From Bdellovibrio sp. (GTDB lineage Bacteria; Bdellovibrionota; Bacteriovoracia; Bacteriovoracales; Bacteriovoracaceae), in assembly GCA_016187935.1 (NCBI GenBank), contig JACPIU010000005.1, positions 64,885 through 96,884 of the forward strand: a stretch of 32,000 nt of DNA. Reading direction: 5' to 3'. Positions 17,053 through 25,224 of this stretch are shown here, in pieces. The notes beneath the pieces are model-generated. The model did no database searches. It saw only the letters and a list, made by a program, of their open reading frames with translations, and had not been told where the DNA came from. Both the position numbers and the translations under genes were made by a program. Positions within the stretch are counted from its first letter, which is position 1. Each line of letters begins with the position of its first letter.

Positions 17053-18978
17053 ATGAGTTATAGGCCAAAACCGCTGCCGGTTCAACATATTGTCTTGGAG
17101 AGTGCACTGCGTGAACTGGTCGAGGATTTAGCACAGAATACTCACGAGCTGTGGTCTCGTGCGCGACTGCAGGAGGGATGGAAGTTTGGTCCCAAGAGAG
17201 ACGATACCAGAAAAGAAACGCCTTGTTTGGTTCCCTACGATGAATTGCCCGACTCTGAAAAGGAATTCGACCGTATCACTTCACAGGGGGCGGTAAGATT
17301 CATTCTCGCCAAAGGATTTATAATTCAGGCACCCAAGGTCAAAGATGTTCAAGCTATTCAAGACGCCAAAAGGCGCGCTCTTGAATTCTTAAACCGTGGC
17401 GAATGTATCAAGGCCCACGATCTAATTTTGCAATGCCAGCAGCTCGCTCCGGATGATCGTGAATTGATTCGTATGCGCGCCACGTCCCTTTCTCGTCTTG
17501 GTATGGCCAAGAGTGCCCTGCGTTTTTTTCACACCCTGCTGGAGTTTGACAGCAGTGATCGCGAAGTATGGGGCATGATAGGCCGCTGTTACCGAACACT
17601 CTATGAGCAAGAAGCCGATCCTCAAAAAAAAGTGGAGCTGTTACGGCAATCCCTCCATGGCCATGAGAAGGCCCACCAATTCGGACCGGGGCCATGGACA
17701 CTAATTAATCGTGCCACGGTTCACGCACTATTAGGCGAGTCCCAGAAGGCCCAGGTTTTGGTCGAGGAAATTCTTGCATTGACCATCGATATTGTGCCGG
17801 CCGAAGATCGCGACTGGATTGACGCCACCTGTGGCGTTGCCTGCATGCTTAAGGGCGATATTTCTGAGACCAAAAAATATTTACAACGACATGTACAACA
17901 AATGCGTCCTCTGTGGGGAATGATCGCCTCCACCCGCCGTAATATCCTATTACTATCACCGTTGATCGGCCGTAGCTTCAGCGAGACGGAATTCCATCAG
18001 GTGCTCGATCTATTAAAAGTTCCAAGCATTAAATGTATTTTCCCCACCTCGAAATTCTCTCCCGACATGATACAGGAAGGAGATGTGGGGGTGTGCGTTC
18101 CCTATCCTCATGTCTGCAGTGAGTTTGCTCAGCATATTTTGCATCGAGAGGGACAGTTATATCTGGTGCTTCCCTGTCGTGCCGACAGCTTCAAGCTGAT
18201 GATGGCCCAGGAACATCCGCAGGAATATCAGGCATGGGAGGGTATTTTCAACCAGTTGTTGGCCAGGGCCAAGGAAGTGATCGCGGTGGGGGATGATTTT
18301 CATATTTTGGATCACAGCATCCGCGACTACCTGGAACGCGTGGCCTTTGGTCTATCCGTTCTCAAGTCTATGGAGATATCTTCCACAGTTGAAATTTTGG
18401 GTCATCCTTCCATGGGCGGCAATTATCAACGATCGAAAATCATGGCGTTGGTGTTTGGAGATGCTGTCAATTTCAGCAAGCTACAGCATGAACACTTTCC
18501 TATTTTTGAACAGGAAGTGTGGGGACTGGTGCATGAGATCTTGAAAGAAATGCATATTACTCCGGCCTTGGCCAATACCTGGGGCGATGGTTTGTACATG
18601 GTGCTGGATGATCTGGCCCAGGCCGCGCGCTTTTCTCTGGAGTTGGCCAGTCGTATGGCCACCACGGATTGGAAGGCCAAGGGCCTACCTAAGGATATTG
18701 GTCTGCGGGTTGGAATTCATGCCGGCCCAGTGTTCGAAAGTATCAACCCTTTGACCAAAAACGTAAGCTATATCGGCGCCAGTGTCTGTCGGGCGGCACG
18801 TATCGAGCCGATCACACCTCCGGGACAGGTCTTTGTATCCCAGGAGTTTGCAGCATTACTGGCCAGCGAGCACGCCAACAAATTTATCTTCAGCTATGTT
18901 GGCACTCTCTCCATGGCAAAAAATTACGGTACCTTCCCCATGTATCGCCTTGAAGAGGCAAAAGGGCTTCATGACTAA
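17053..18978 (+). CDS. RyR domain - helical (TPR-like) repeat region - class III adenylate/guanylate cyclase domain protein
   Basis: Start set at ATG 17053 with a GAGGA SD. The N-terminus matches the RyR domain pattern (LAQNTHELWSRARLQEGWKFGPKRDDTRKETPCLVPYDELPDSEKEFDR). The middle region is helical-repeat. The C-terminal cyclase motifs are ALVFGDAVNFSKL (Asp codon 18460-18462), WGDGLYMV (Asp 18586-18588), GLRVGIHAGPV and IGASVCRAARIE. Confidence 0.75.
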   Translation: MSYRPKPLPVQHIVLESALRELVEDLAQNTHELWSRARLQEGWKFGPKRDDTRKETPCLVPYDELPDSEKEFDRITSQGAVRFILAKGFIIQAPKVKDVQAIQDAKRRALEFLNRGECIKAHDLILQCQQLAPDDRELIRMRATSLSRLGMAKSALRFFHTLLEFDSSDREVWGMIGRCYRTLYEQEADPQKKVELLRQSLHGHEKAHQFGPGPWTLINRATVHALLGESQKAQVLVEEILALTIDIVPAEDRDWIDATCGVACMLKGDISETKKYLQRHVQQMRPLWGMIASTRRNILLLSPLIGRSFSETEFHQVLDLLKVPSIKCIFPTSKFSPDMIQEGDVGVCVPYPHVCSEFAQHILHREGQLYLVLPCRADSFKLMMAQEHPQEYQAWEGIFNQLLARAKEVIAVGDDFHILDHSIRDYLERVAFGLSVLKSMEISSTVEILGHPSMGGNYQRSKIMALVFGDAVNFSKLQHEHFPIFEQEVWGLVHEILKEMHITPALANTWGDGLYMVLDDLAQAARFSLELASRMATTDWKAKGLPKDIGLRVGIHAGPVFESINPLTKNVSYIGASVCRAARIEPITPPGQVFVSQEFAALLASEHANKFIFSYVGTLSMAKNYGTFPMYRLEEAKGLHD

Positions 18979-20578
18979 GGGACGGCATCAGATTTTTATC
19001 AGCTACTCCAGCAAGGATATCAAGGAATGCGAGGCAATTCGCGATGAGATCGAAAAGCATGATCTACAATGCTGGATGGCGCCTAGAGATATCCTGCCTG
19101 GTGATGTCTATGCCTCCAGCATTATCGATGCGATTGGACAGGCCAGCATCTTCTTACTTTTCGTGACCGAGCACTCCAACTCTTCCCTGCAGGTGCAAAA
19201 GGAAGTGGACCGCGCCGTTAATGCCAGGTTGAAAATCATAGGGTTTATTCTCAAACAGGTGGAGCTCAGCAAGGCCCTCAACTACTATCTGTGCGATTCG
19301 CATTGGATTGATGGCAGTTGTGATCGCAAAAAAGCAGTGAAGCTGTTGATTGAATCCATTAAGGCCCAGATCTCGGCGGTTGGTGATTTACCACCACCGT
19401 TGCCTAAAGCACCCACTGATGAGCTTATCGGTCATACTCAATGGCAGAAAAAAATTCTCATGCCGCTTTTTTTATGTGCCCTAATTTTTTGTGCTATGGG
19501 TGCCTTTTTGTTGTTGAAACCGGATGCCATAAAAAGCATTGCTGCCTTGTTGCCTAGGAAGGCCTTCCAGCTCGAAGTCAGGCCTTTGCCCACCAATGGG
19601 TTGGGTGATTGGAGCGAGCGCTTTGGCAAGCGGGTACGCTATCATTTCGAACCCGCGGCAAGATGGCTACCGCCGGCCTTTGCCCATCTTTTCACCCGCG
19701 AGGAGCTAGCACAAAAATCCATTCAGGAGCTTGATCTGCTTTATGAAGAGATTCGTGCTCGTCATGGTTATCTTTACGAAGACCCACTTTATCGTCAGCA
19801 CTTTGAATCCCAGTCCTGGTATAGGCCTCTGCAGGGCCAGTTATCCGTTCAGGAAATCAATCAGATGATCGAAGATCAGATGCCGATCGTAGACGAGGAC
19901 AACCGCGCGCTGGTGGCACGCCTGATGCATGAAAAAAATCATGAGGAATTGCTGCGGACTAGTCAATATTTCAAACAAACACACGTCAAAGTCTTTCCAT
20001 TGATATATTTTAATCTTGCAGCAGCACGCCTTACCCAAGCGCAGCGGGATCTTGAGCAACTGTCCTTTGTCCAATGCGAGGAAATGGCCATCCAACTGAT
20101 GTTTGATAAGAAGATACCGGCGGAATGGGGGCCGAAGGAGCTATCCCAGATATCTATGAATAATCCCTGGGAATGGTACAAAACTCAAACCGCTCCATTT
20201 CTGATTTACCTCTCCTTTGTCGAGGAGAGCGGTGACGGCATCAAGATTTACCATGCCGACAATCAGCAGTCTAAAGATGCCGCGGTCTTTATCCAACAGC
20301 ACTTGATGGAGAACATCGCCCAGGAACAAAATATTTATCCTTGGAAAATTGTGCTGGCCGGTGATCACCCGATTCTAAATCATAACTCTCAGGGAGTCTC
20401 GCTGTTGATCCATGTCGTGCCCTTTGAAGGCATGAATGATTTTTCTCAACTTGAAGTGGCAGGCAAACTGCTGCAAGCAACGGTGGTCGAGATGGTCTTT
20501 AAAGATTTTCAACAACGCTTGGCCAACAAAACAGACAAAATCCCCTCACAAAGAGATGCGTCTCTCCTGAGAGATTAA
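18971..20578 (+). CDS. TIR domain - transmembrane helix - YARHG domain protein
   Basis: Start set at ATG 18971, overlapping the cyclase gene by 8 nt. TIR_2-type N-terminus: HQIFISYSSKD...LQCWMAPRDILPGDVYASSIIDAIGQASIFLLFVTEHSNSSLQVQKEVDRA. TM helix ILMPLFLCALIFCAMGAFLLL at 19454-19516. YARHG motif LDLLYEEIRARHGYLYEDPLYRQHFESQSWYRP, with IRARHGY at 19751-19771. The last 200 aa or so are unassigned. Confidence 0.75.
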   Translation: MTKGRHQIFISYSSKDIKECEAIRDEIEKHDLQCWMAPRDILPGDVYASSIIDAIGQASIFLLFVTEHSNSSLQVQKEVDRAVNARLKIIGFILKQVELSKALNYYLCDSHWIDGSCDRKKAVKLLIESIKAQISAVGDLPPPLPKAPTDELIGHTQWQKKILMPLFLCALIFCAMGAFLLLKPDAIKSIAALLPRKAFQLEVRPLPTNGLGDWSERFGKRVRYHFEPAARWLPPAFAHLFTREELAQKSIQELDLLYEEIRARHGYLYEDPLYRQHFESQSWYRPLQGQLSVQEINQMIEDQMPIVDEDNRALVARLMHEKNHEELLRTSQYFKQTHVKVFPLIYFNLAAARLTQAQRDLEQLSFVQCEEMAIQLMFDKKIPAEWGPKELSQISMNNPWEWYKTQTAPFLIYLSFVEESGDGIKIYHADNQQSKDAAVFIQQHLMENIAQEQNIYPWKIVLAGDHPILNHNSQGVSLLIHVVPFEGMNDFSQLEVAGKLLQATVVEMVFKDFQQRLANKTDKIPSQRDASLLRD

Positions 20579-21814
20579 ATGGTTTGGCCGAGCACTAGTT
20601 TTGAGCAAGTCGACGGCGATGACAGTCATCATGTGGGCAAATTGTACAAGCTGTTTGATCTCAACATATTCATTGGCGATATGAAAGGCGGTATCGTCAC
20701 CAGGCCCAAACCCTACTGCTTTGATACCTGCCTGATTAAATCCTTTGGCAAAAGTTCCTCCTCCCATACCAAAAGGCTTGGGAGTGTGACCTAAGATATT
20801 CTTGGCATTCGACTGAATCAATTTTACCAAAATGTTGTCGGGGTTTACTTCATGAGAAAGAGAGCAACCTTCTACTTTAAAGATAAATTTTCCTTTAATG
20901 CCTTTTGTAAGTTTCCTCAGTTCCTTTATTATACCATTGGCGGTTTGCCCGGGAAGATATCTGATATCTAAAGTGATATCGCATTGTCCTGCCACGATGT
21001 TTGAAGCTTGGCCACCTCGGATGGTTCCAATATTCAACGTGGGTGACTTTAAATATTTGTGTGTTTTGTATTTCATCTTGAGTTTCTTTTGCCGCACAAT
21101 GAATTCGCTCATAAGTGCGATGGCGTTGAGGCCTCGTTCAGGAGTTGAGCCATGGGCCTGTTTGCCAATGGCCGTGACTTTCACTTGCAATCGTCCCTTT
21201 TCGGCAATGTCAATTCGTTTCATATTCCCACCGATATCGGGAATGATGGCATAAGTAGGAGTGAGGAATTTGTTTTCCAGAAGATAATCAAGCCCGGGAT
21301 CATCTTCGCCTAGCTCCTTAAATTCTTCATTGGCAATGGCCGCAACTAGGAATTTACCTTTGAGTGGAATGGCACATTCTTTTAAAGCTTTAAGACATGC
21401 AAGGCTGGAAACCAGTGGCCCTTTGTTGTCAAGAACGCCTCTACCATAAATAAATCCATCTTTAACAAAGGCCGAAAAAGGATCGCTATCCCAGCCATCT
21501 CCGGCCGGTACCACATCCATGTGTGAGGCCACCAGTAAAGATGGTTCTTCTTCGCCGAAGGTGGCAATAATATTGGCGCGCCCTTTGACACTTTCATAAA
21601 TTTTATAGCTGATCCCAAGCAACTCAAGCTCTCTTTGCACGATCGCCACAACGGCACTTTCACCACCGGGGATAGTCAAGTATGGATGTTCCTTTAAACT
21701 ATCTTTGGGAACATTGACTGTTTTTTTAGAAACAATTTCGGTTAGAAGTCTAATCGTATATTCGCAAATCCGCTCATGATTGCTTTCAAAATAGTTTTTC
21801 AACTTGTTTTTCAT
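20546..21814 (-). CDS. M20 family metallopeptidase (ArgE/DapE/ACY1-type deacylase)
   Basis: SHMDVVPAGDGWDSDPF, GRGVLDNKG, EEFKELG and AHGSTPERGLNAI are typical of the M20 family. Substrate specificity cannot be assigned from sequence alone. Confidence 0.8.
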   Translation of the reverse strand: MKNKLKNYFESNHERICEYTIRLLTEIVSKKTVNVPKDSLKEHPYLTIPGGESAVVAIVQRELELLGISYKIYESVKGRANIIATFGEEEPSLLVASHMDVVPAGDGWDSDPFSAFVKDGFIYGRGVLDNKGPLVSSLACLKALKECAIPLKGKFLVAAIANEEFKELGEDDPGLDYLLENKFLTPTYAIIPDIGGNMKRIDIAEKGRLQVKVTAIGKQAHGSTPERGLNAIALMSEFIVRQKKLKMKYKTHKYLKSPTLNIGTIRGGQASNIVAGQCDITLDIRYLPGQTANGIIKELRKLTKGIKGKFIFKVEGCSLSHEVNPDNILVKLIQSNAKNILGHTPKPFGMGGGTFAKGFNQAGIKAVGFGPGDDTAFHIANEYVEIKQLVQFAHMMTVIAVDLLKTSARPNHLISQERRISL

Positions 21815-21899
21815 GATATTAATCTATTTGAAGAAGATTACTCCGATTACGCCGTCGCCACAGACCTTATGGTCCTCTTATGGCAAGAAATAACGGCTG

Positions 21900-22508
21900 C
21901 TAATTAATTGGCCTGCCAATTCTTTTTTTCTTGGCAGGGATAAGCACTTTGATACCGGTCTTTTTCCCTGCGATTCGAACAGGTGGCTTTGTATTCCCGG
22001 CATTAGGAAAAGAGACCACTAAACCCAGATCGCTTGGAAAATTCACAGTGGTTGGAGCGAGTTCAGGCAGTGACAGAATCAACCCATTGCCAGTAGGTAA
22101 TTGAAACGGCCTTCTTACTTGATTGGGGAAGCTGACCACCAATCCTGTATTAGGAGGAAAGCTAATGACATTATTTCCCGCCGTCGGAATTGTGACAACC
22201 AGGCCACTTCCGCCAGGAATGGAAACAACCAAGCCAGCGCCGTTTTCAATTTGAAAAGGAGGCCGCGATTGATCGGGAAAGGAAACGGAAAGACCTTCAC
22301 TGCTGGGAATGCTCACGGAAAGTCCCGAATTATTGAAAGGAATTGTGACCACAAGGCCTCCATCCGTGGGGATTTGGAAAGGCGGTTGTGTGGTCGAAGG
22401 AAAAGAAATAACCAAGTTGCCCGAGGGAAGAATGACAGGTTGGGCAATGGCCGTGGAAATTTGCAAGAGTGAAATAAAGATACCAAAGAAAATCAGAGAG
22501 TATTTCAT
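21900..22508 (-). CDS. Secreted repetitive protein with about 13 GLVVSFP-type decapeptide-scale repeats
   Basis: Start set at ATG 22508 with an AAGGAG SD. Signal peptide MKYSLIFFGIFISLLQISTAIAQP. Repeats such as GLVVTIP, GLSVSIP, GLSVSFP, GLVVSIP and GLVVSFP are interspersed with PPFQIP-type spacers. The C-terminal tail is basic. Confidence 0.65.
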   Translation of the reverse strand: MKYSLIFFGIFISLLQISTAIAQPVILPSGNLVISFPSTTQPPFQIPTDGGLVVTIPFNNSGLSVSIPSSEGLSVSFPDQSRPPFQIENGAGLVVSIPGGSGLVVTIPTAGNNVISFPPNTGLVVSFPNQVRRPFQLPTGNGLILSLPELAPTTVNFPSDLGLVVSFPNAGNTKPPVRIAGKKTGIKVLIPAKKKRIGRPIN

Positions 22509-22747
22509 AGAGTGCTCCTTAATGTCAGGGGTTTTCGCAGAAATTACCGAATTCGTCAACGACCCTCCAATCGGTGCGGCCTACATCTGGCCAATTAAAG
22601 TGCTGAAAACTCAAGCAATTGCCCCATTGACGATATCCAAAGCATTCCATTTCCCAAAGATTGATGAGTCATTCATAATTTATTTTGAGCAATTATATAA
22701 CCTTTTTTTCCTCATTCTCGTTATATCTAGAAAAGGGGTGCCTTAAA

Positions 22748-23299
22748 GTGATTACGGATGCGCAATTGGTTGAGAGATTACGGATTGGAGATGAGGAGGC
22801 CTTTTCTCTTATCTATGAGAGATATTCAGAAACCTTGCTTCATCACATCTTCTGCATGGTAGGCAAGTTAGAAGTGGCCGAAGAACTTTTGCACGAGGTT
22901 TTTATGACTATGCTTGCGAAGGTTAATTTCTACCAAGAAAACGCTTTGCTTAAAAATTCCTTTAAGGCATGGCTTTTTAGAATTTCCACCAACCGGGCGA
23001 TTGATGAAATTCGAAAACATAAAAATGTGAAATTTGAAGAACCTCAATGCGAAAAAAATGATGAATCTGATATGGAATCAAATTTTGAGAAAAAGTGGCG
23101 AGAACATAAGGTGCAAGAATTTCTATTGAAACTTCCATTGGGCCAAAGAACCTTTCTGAATTTGAAAATCAATAATGAGTTAAGTCACTTCGAAATTGCA
23201 CGGATTTGTTCCTGCCAGGTGAACACTGTCAAACAGGGGCTTTTTCAGGCCAGGAAATCGCTGAAAAACATGCTTGTGGCCGAGGGAGTTGAACTATGA
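22748..23299 (+). CDS. ECF-type sigma-70 family RNA polymerase sigma factor
   Basis: From GTG 22748 the product begins VITDAQLVERLRIGDEEAFSLIYERY, a typical ECF N-terminus. Region 2 is FKAWLFRISTNRAIDEIRK and region 4 is LSHFEIARICSCQVNTVKQGLFQARKSL. The ORF-track ATG at 22685 adds an atypical hydrophobic extension. The start is uncertain. Confidence 0.75.
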   Translation: MITDAQLVERLRIGDEEAFSLIYERYSETLLHHIFCMVGKLEVAEELLHEVFMTMLAKVNFYQENALLKNSFKAWLFRISTNRAIDEIRKHKNVKFEEPQCEKNDESDMESNFEKKWREHKVQEFLLKLPLGQRTFLNLKINNELSHFEIARICSCQVNTVKQGLFQARKSLKNMLVAEGVEL

Positions 23300-23781
23300 A
23301 ACACCCAAGACTCTCGACGCTCCAGGATTACTTTGAAAATGAAATGAATGAAATTCAAATTGGTTTATTGAAGGAACATCTTTTGGATTGTGACCAGTGC
23401 ACTTTAATCCTTTCTCAAATGGCGAAGGTTGATAACAAGGTTAAGTCCGTTTCCCGAATACCCATCTCTGAGCAGACCAAAAAGCGCATCTTCACTGAGG
23501 CCAAGGCCAGGCTTCAGGCAAAGCGAAACAAGTTAGATGTCGATCAGCATTGTGCCAGAAACCGTGAAGAACGGATGAAGGAATTAAAGGATTTGTTGCG
23601 GAATGCTTTGAGTGAATTTCGGGCGCCTGCCTTGCAAGTTGCATCTTTAGGCACTGTCATAGGGTTCATTGTTTTGGCCATCCAAACCGAGCAACCAATT
23701 GTTAGCAAACCTCTAACAGAGGGTGTGGTGATTTATACCCATGGTGAAAAAGACTCACCGATTGAAGGAGAAATAGAATGA
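23296..23781 (+). CDS. Anti-sigma factor (zf-HC2-like N-terminus, single TM)
   Basis: ATGA overlap with the sigma gene. HLLDCDQCTLIL is a putative zinc-finger anti-sigma motif. TM helix LQVASLGTVIGFIVLAI. The extracytoplasmic tail is short. Confidence 0.65.
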   Translation: MKHPRLSTLQDYFENEMNEIQIGLLKEHLLDCDQCTLILSQMAKVDNKVKSVSRIPISEQTKKRIFTEAKARLQAKRNKLDVDQHCARNREERMKELKDLLRNALSEFRAPALQVASLGTVIGFIVLAIQTEQPIVSKPLTEGVVIYTHGEKDSPIEGEIE

Positions 23782-24515
23782 AAATCCTGGTGCTACTCAC
23801 TCTACTGATCGCTAATGCCAATGGCGCCATCCGAACGGAAGGAGAGTTTATACTTCCTTTACAAAGAAAAAATTATCCTTTGAAGGAGTTGATCAAGGAT
23901 TATGCAGAGGCCCTACAGTTCAATATCTCATACCCCGAGGAAACCTTGGAAGGTGATAAATCGACAGTCGATCTTTCCATTCATGAGAAAATAAGTTTCA
24001 CCCAGTTTTCTACTCTTTTTCAATCGATTCTCGATTCAAGAGGTTACTCGCTCATTCAAGAAAAAGGATTTCAATGGATTGCTCAAACAAGAGATGTGCG
24101 TTTCCGGCCAACCGAGTTTTATGCCAATCGTCCGCTTCCCAATGACGAGAATTATGTTACGGCATTGTTCAGGTTGAAATACCCCATAGCTTCCGAAATT
24201 ACCAGAAACCTTCGTCCTTTCATGAGTCGATATGGGCGAGTTATTAACTTTGGTGATGGACGCTCCATTGTTATCAATGACCGAGGTTCTAACGCTTTAA
24301 GACTCTATGAAACCATCAAATTCATGGATACAGAAAAAGTGTATATGGCCGCGCTTAACAAGAAGCCTAAGGAACCCGATCCAGAAAATAATGAGGTTAA
24401 CCAAAAGTTAATTGAGCTGGAATTAAAAAACAAAATTTTAGAAAAGAAACTGATTGAACAGAAAGATGGAGGGGCAAATGAAAATAGCTCTAGTACTGAT
24501 CATAATCGCAATTAA
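23778..24515 (+). CDS. Secreted secretin N0-N1-like protein lacking a secretin barrel (paralog A)
   Basis: ATGA overlap with the anti-sigma gene and a signal peptide. N0-like segment: YPLKELIKDYAEALQFNISYPEE...FSTLFQSILDSRGYSLIQEKGFQWI. Secretin_N-like segment: VTALFRLKYPIASEITRNLRPFMSRYGRVINFGDGRSIVINDRGSNALRLYETIKFMD. The tail is coiled-coil and low-complexity. Confidence 0.55.
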   Translation: MKILVLLTLLIANANGAIRTEGEFILPLQRKNYPLKELIKDYAEALQFNISYPEETLEGDKSTVDLSIHEKISFTQFSTLFQSILDSRGYSLIQEKGFQWIAQTRDVRFRPTEFYANRPLPNDENYVTALFRLKYPIASEITRNLRPFMSRYGRVINFGDGRSIVINDRGSNALRLYETIKFMDTEKVYMAALNKKPKEPDPENNEVNQKLIELELKNKILEKKLIEQKDGGANENSSSTDHNRN

Positions 24516-25224
24516 TGCAGAGGCGACAGTTTTTAATCTTAAAGGTGATCGGATCGAGTTTCAAAACTCAGAATTCATGCTTTCGGAATTAGTTAAGGCA
24601 TTTGCTGGCGTGAATAAGCTGAATGTCGTGTTCGATTCGGATTATAAGGACGGCCAGGTTACAACCGTCGGGCCTAAATGGATACACAAAGATTCATTGG
24701 AATTGTACCTCTCCGCTATGCTTTCCCAGAATGGATTTGGCATGAGAGTTTTACCAGGGACAAATACATTAAGCGTCTTTAATGGCCACGATGTCCGTTA
24801 TCTTCTTCTTGATTCTTATACGGACGTTGCTAAGATCCCCGATACCTATGAATATATTCAATTCATGTATGAGCTTAAGCACATTTCTGGTGATGAGTTG
24901 GCCAGAAATTTAAGATCATTTATGGGACGTTATGGGAAAATAATCGATCATGCCAACAGCATTCTGATAGTTGATGCCGGAAAAAATGTGAAACGAATCA
25001 TGCAGATCGTCCAAGAACTTGACACCGCCGCCTATCTCCAGAGTGCTGAAGAAATAAAAGAACTAAACGAAAAAAATAAAAAGACAATCGGAAAAAAGAA
25101 AGGCCTGCTACAGGTACTGAGTGATAATAATATTATCTTTCTTCTTCTTTTCTCGATCCTCGGTGGCATGATTGGTTTCGGCGTACGAGGATATGCCATG
25201 AAGCGGATAGAAGGAGGTTGGTAA
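24478..25224 (+). CDS. Secretin N0-N1-like protein with C-terminal TM anchor (paralog B)
   Basis: Start set at ATG 24478 with a GGAGGGG SD at 24468-24474, and a signal peptide. N0-like segment: FMLSELVKAFAGVNKLNVVFD...LSAMLSQNGFGMRVLPG. N1-like segment: YIQFMYELKHISGDELARNLRSFMGRYGKIIDHANSILIVDAGKNVKRIMQIVQELD. C-terminal TM: IIFLLLFSILGGMIGFGV. Confidence 0.55.
   Translation: MKIALVLIIIAINAEATVFNLKGDRIEFQNSEFMLSELVKAFAGVNKLNVVFDSDYKDGQVTTVGPKWIHKDSLELYLSAMLSQNGFGMRVLPGTNTLSVFNGHDVRYLLLDSYTDVAKIPDTYEYIQFMYELKHISGDELARNLRSFMGRYGKIIDHANSILIVDAGKNVKRIMQIVQELDTAAYLQSAEEIKELNEKNKKTIGKKKGLLQVLSDNNIIFLLLFSILGGMIGFGVRGYAMKRIEGGW

Noticed and set aside
18782-18970. ORF-track 5' extensions that overlap the upstream gene (18782 for TIR; likewise 7501, 9454, 14346, 17005, 24454)
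   Set aside because: In each case an internal ATG has a good SD and/or an ATGA-type coupling. It also begins a signal peptide or recognised domain, while the extension lies inside the preceding gene or intergenic promoter.
22685-22747. ATG 22685 as the ECF sigma start
   Set aside because: It adds an atypical hydrophobic 21-aa extension. GTG 22748 gives a canonical ECF N-terminus and leaves room for a promoter. This is not certain.
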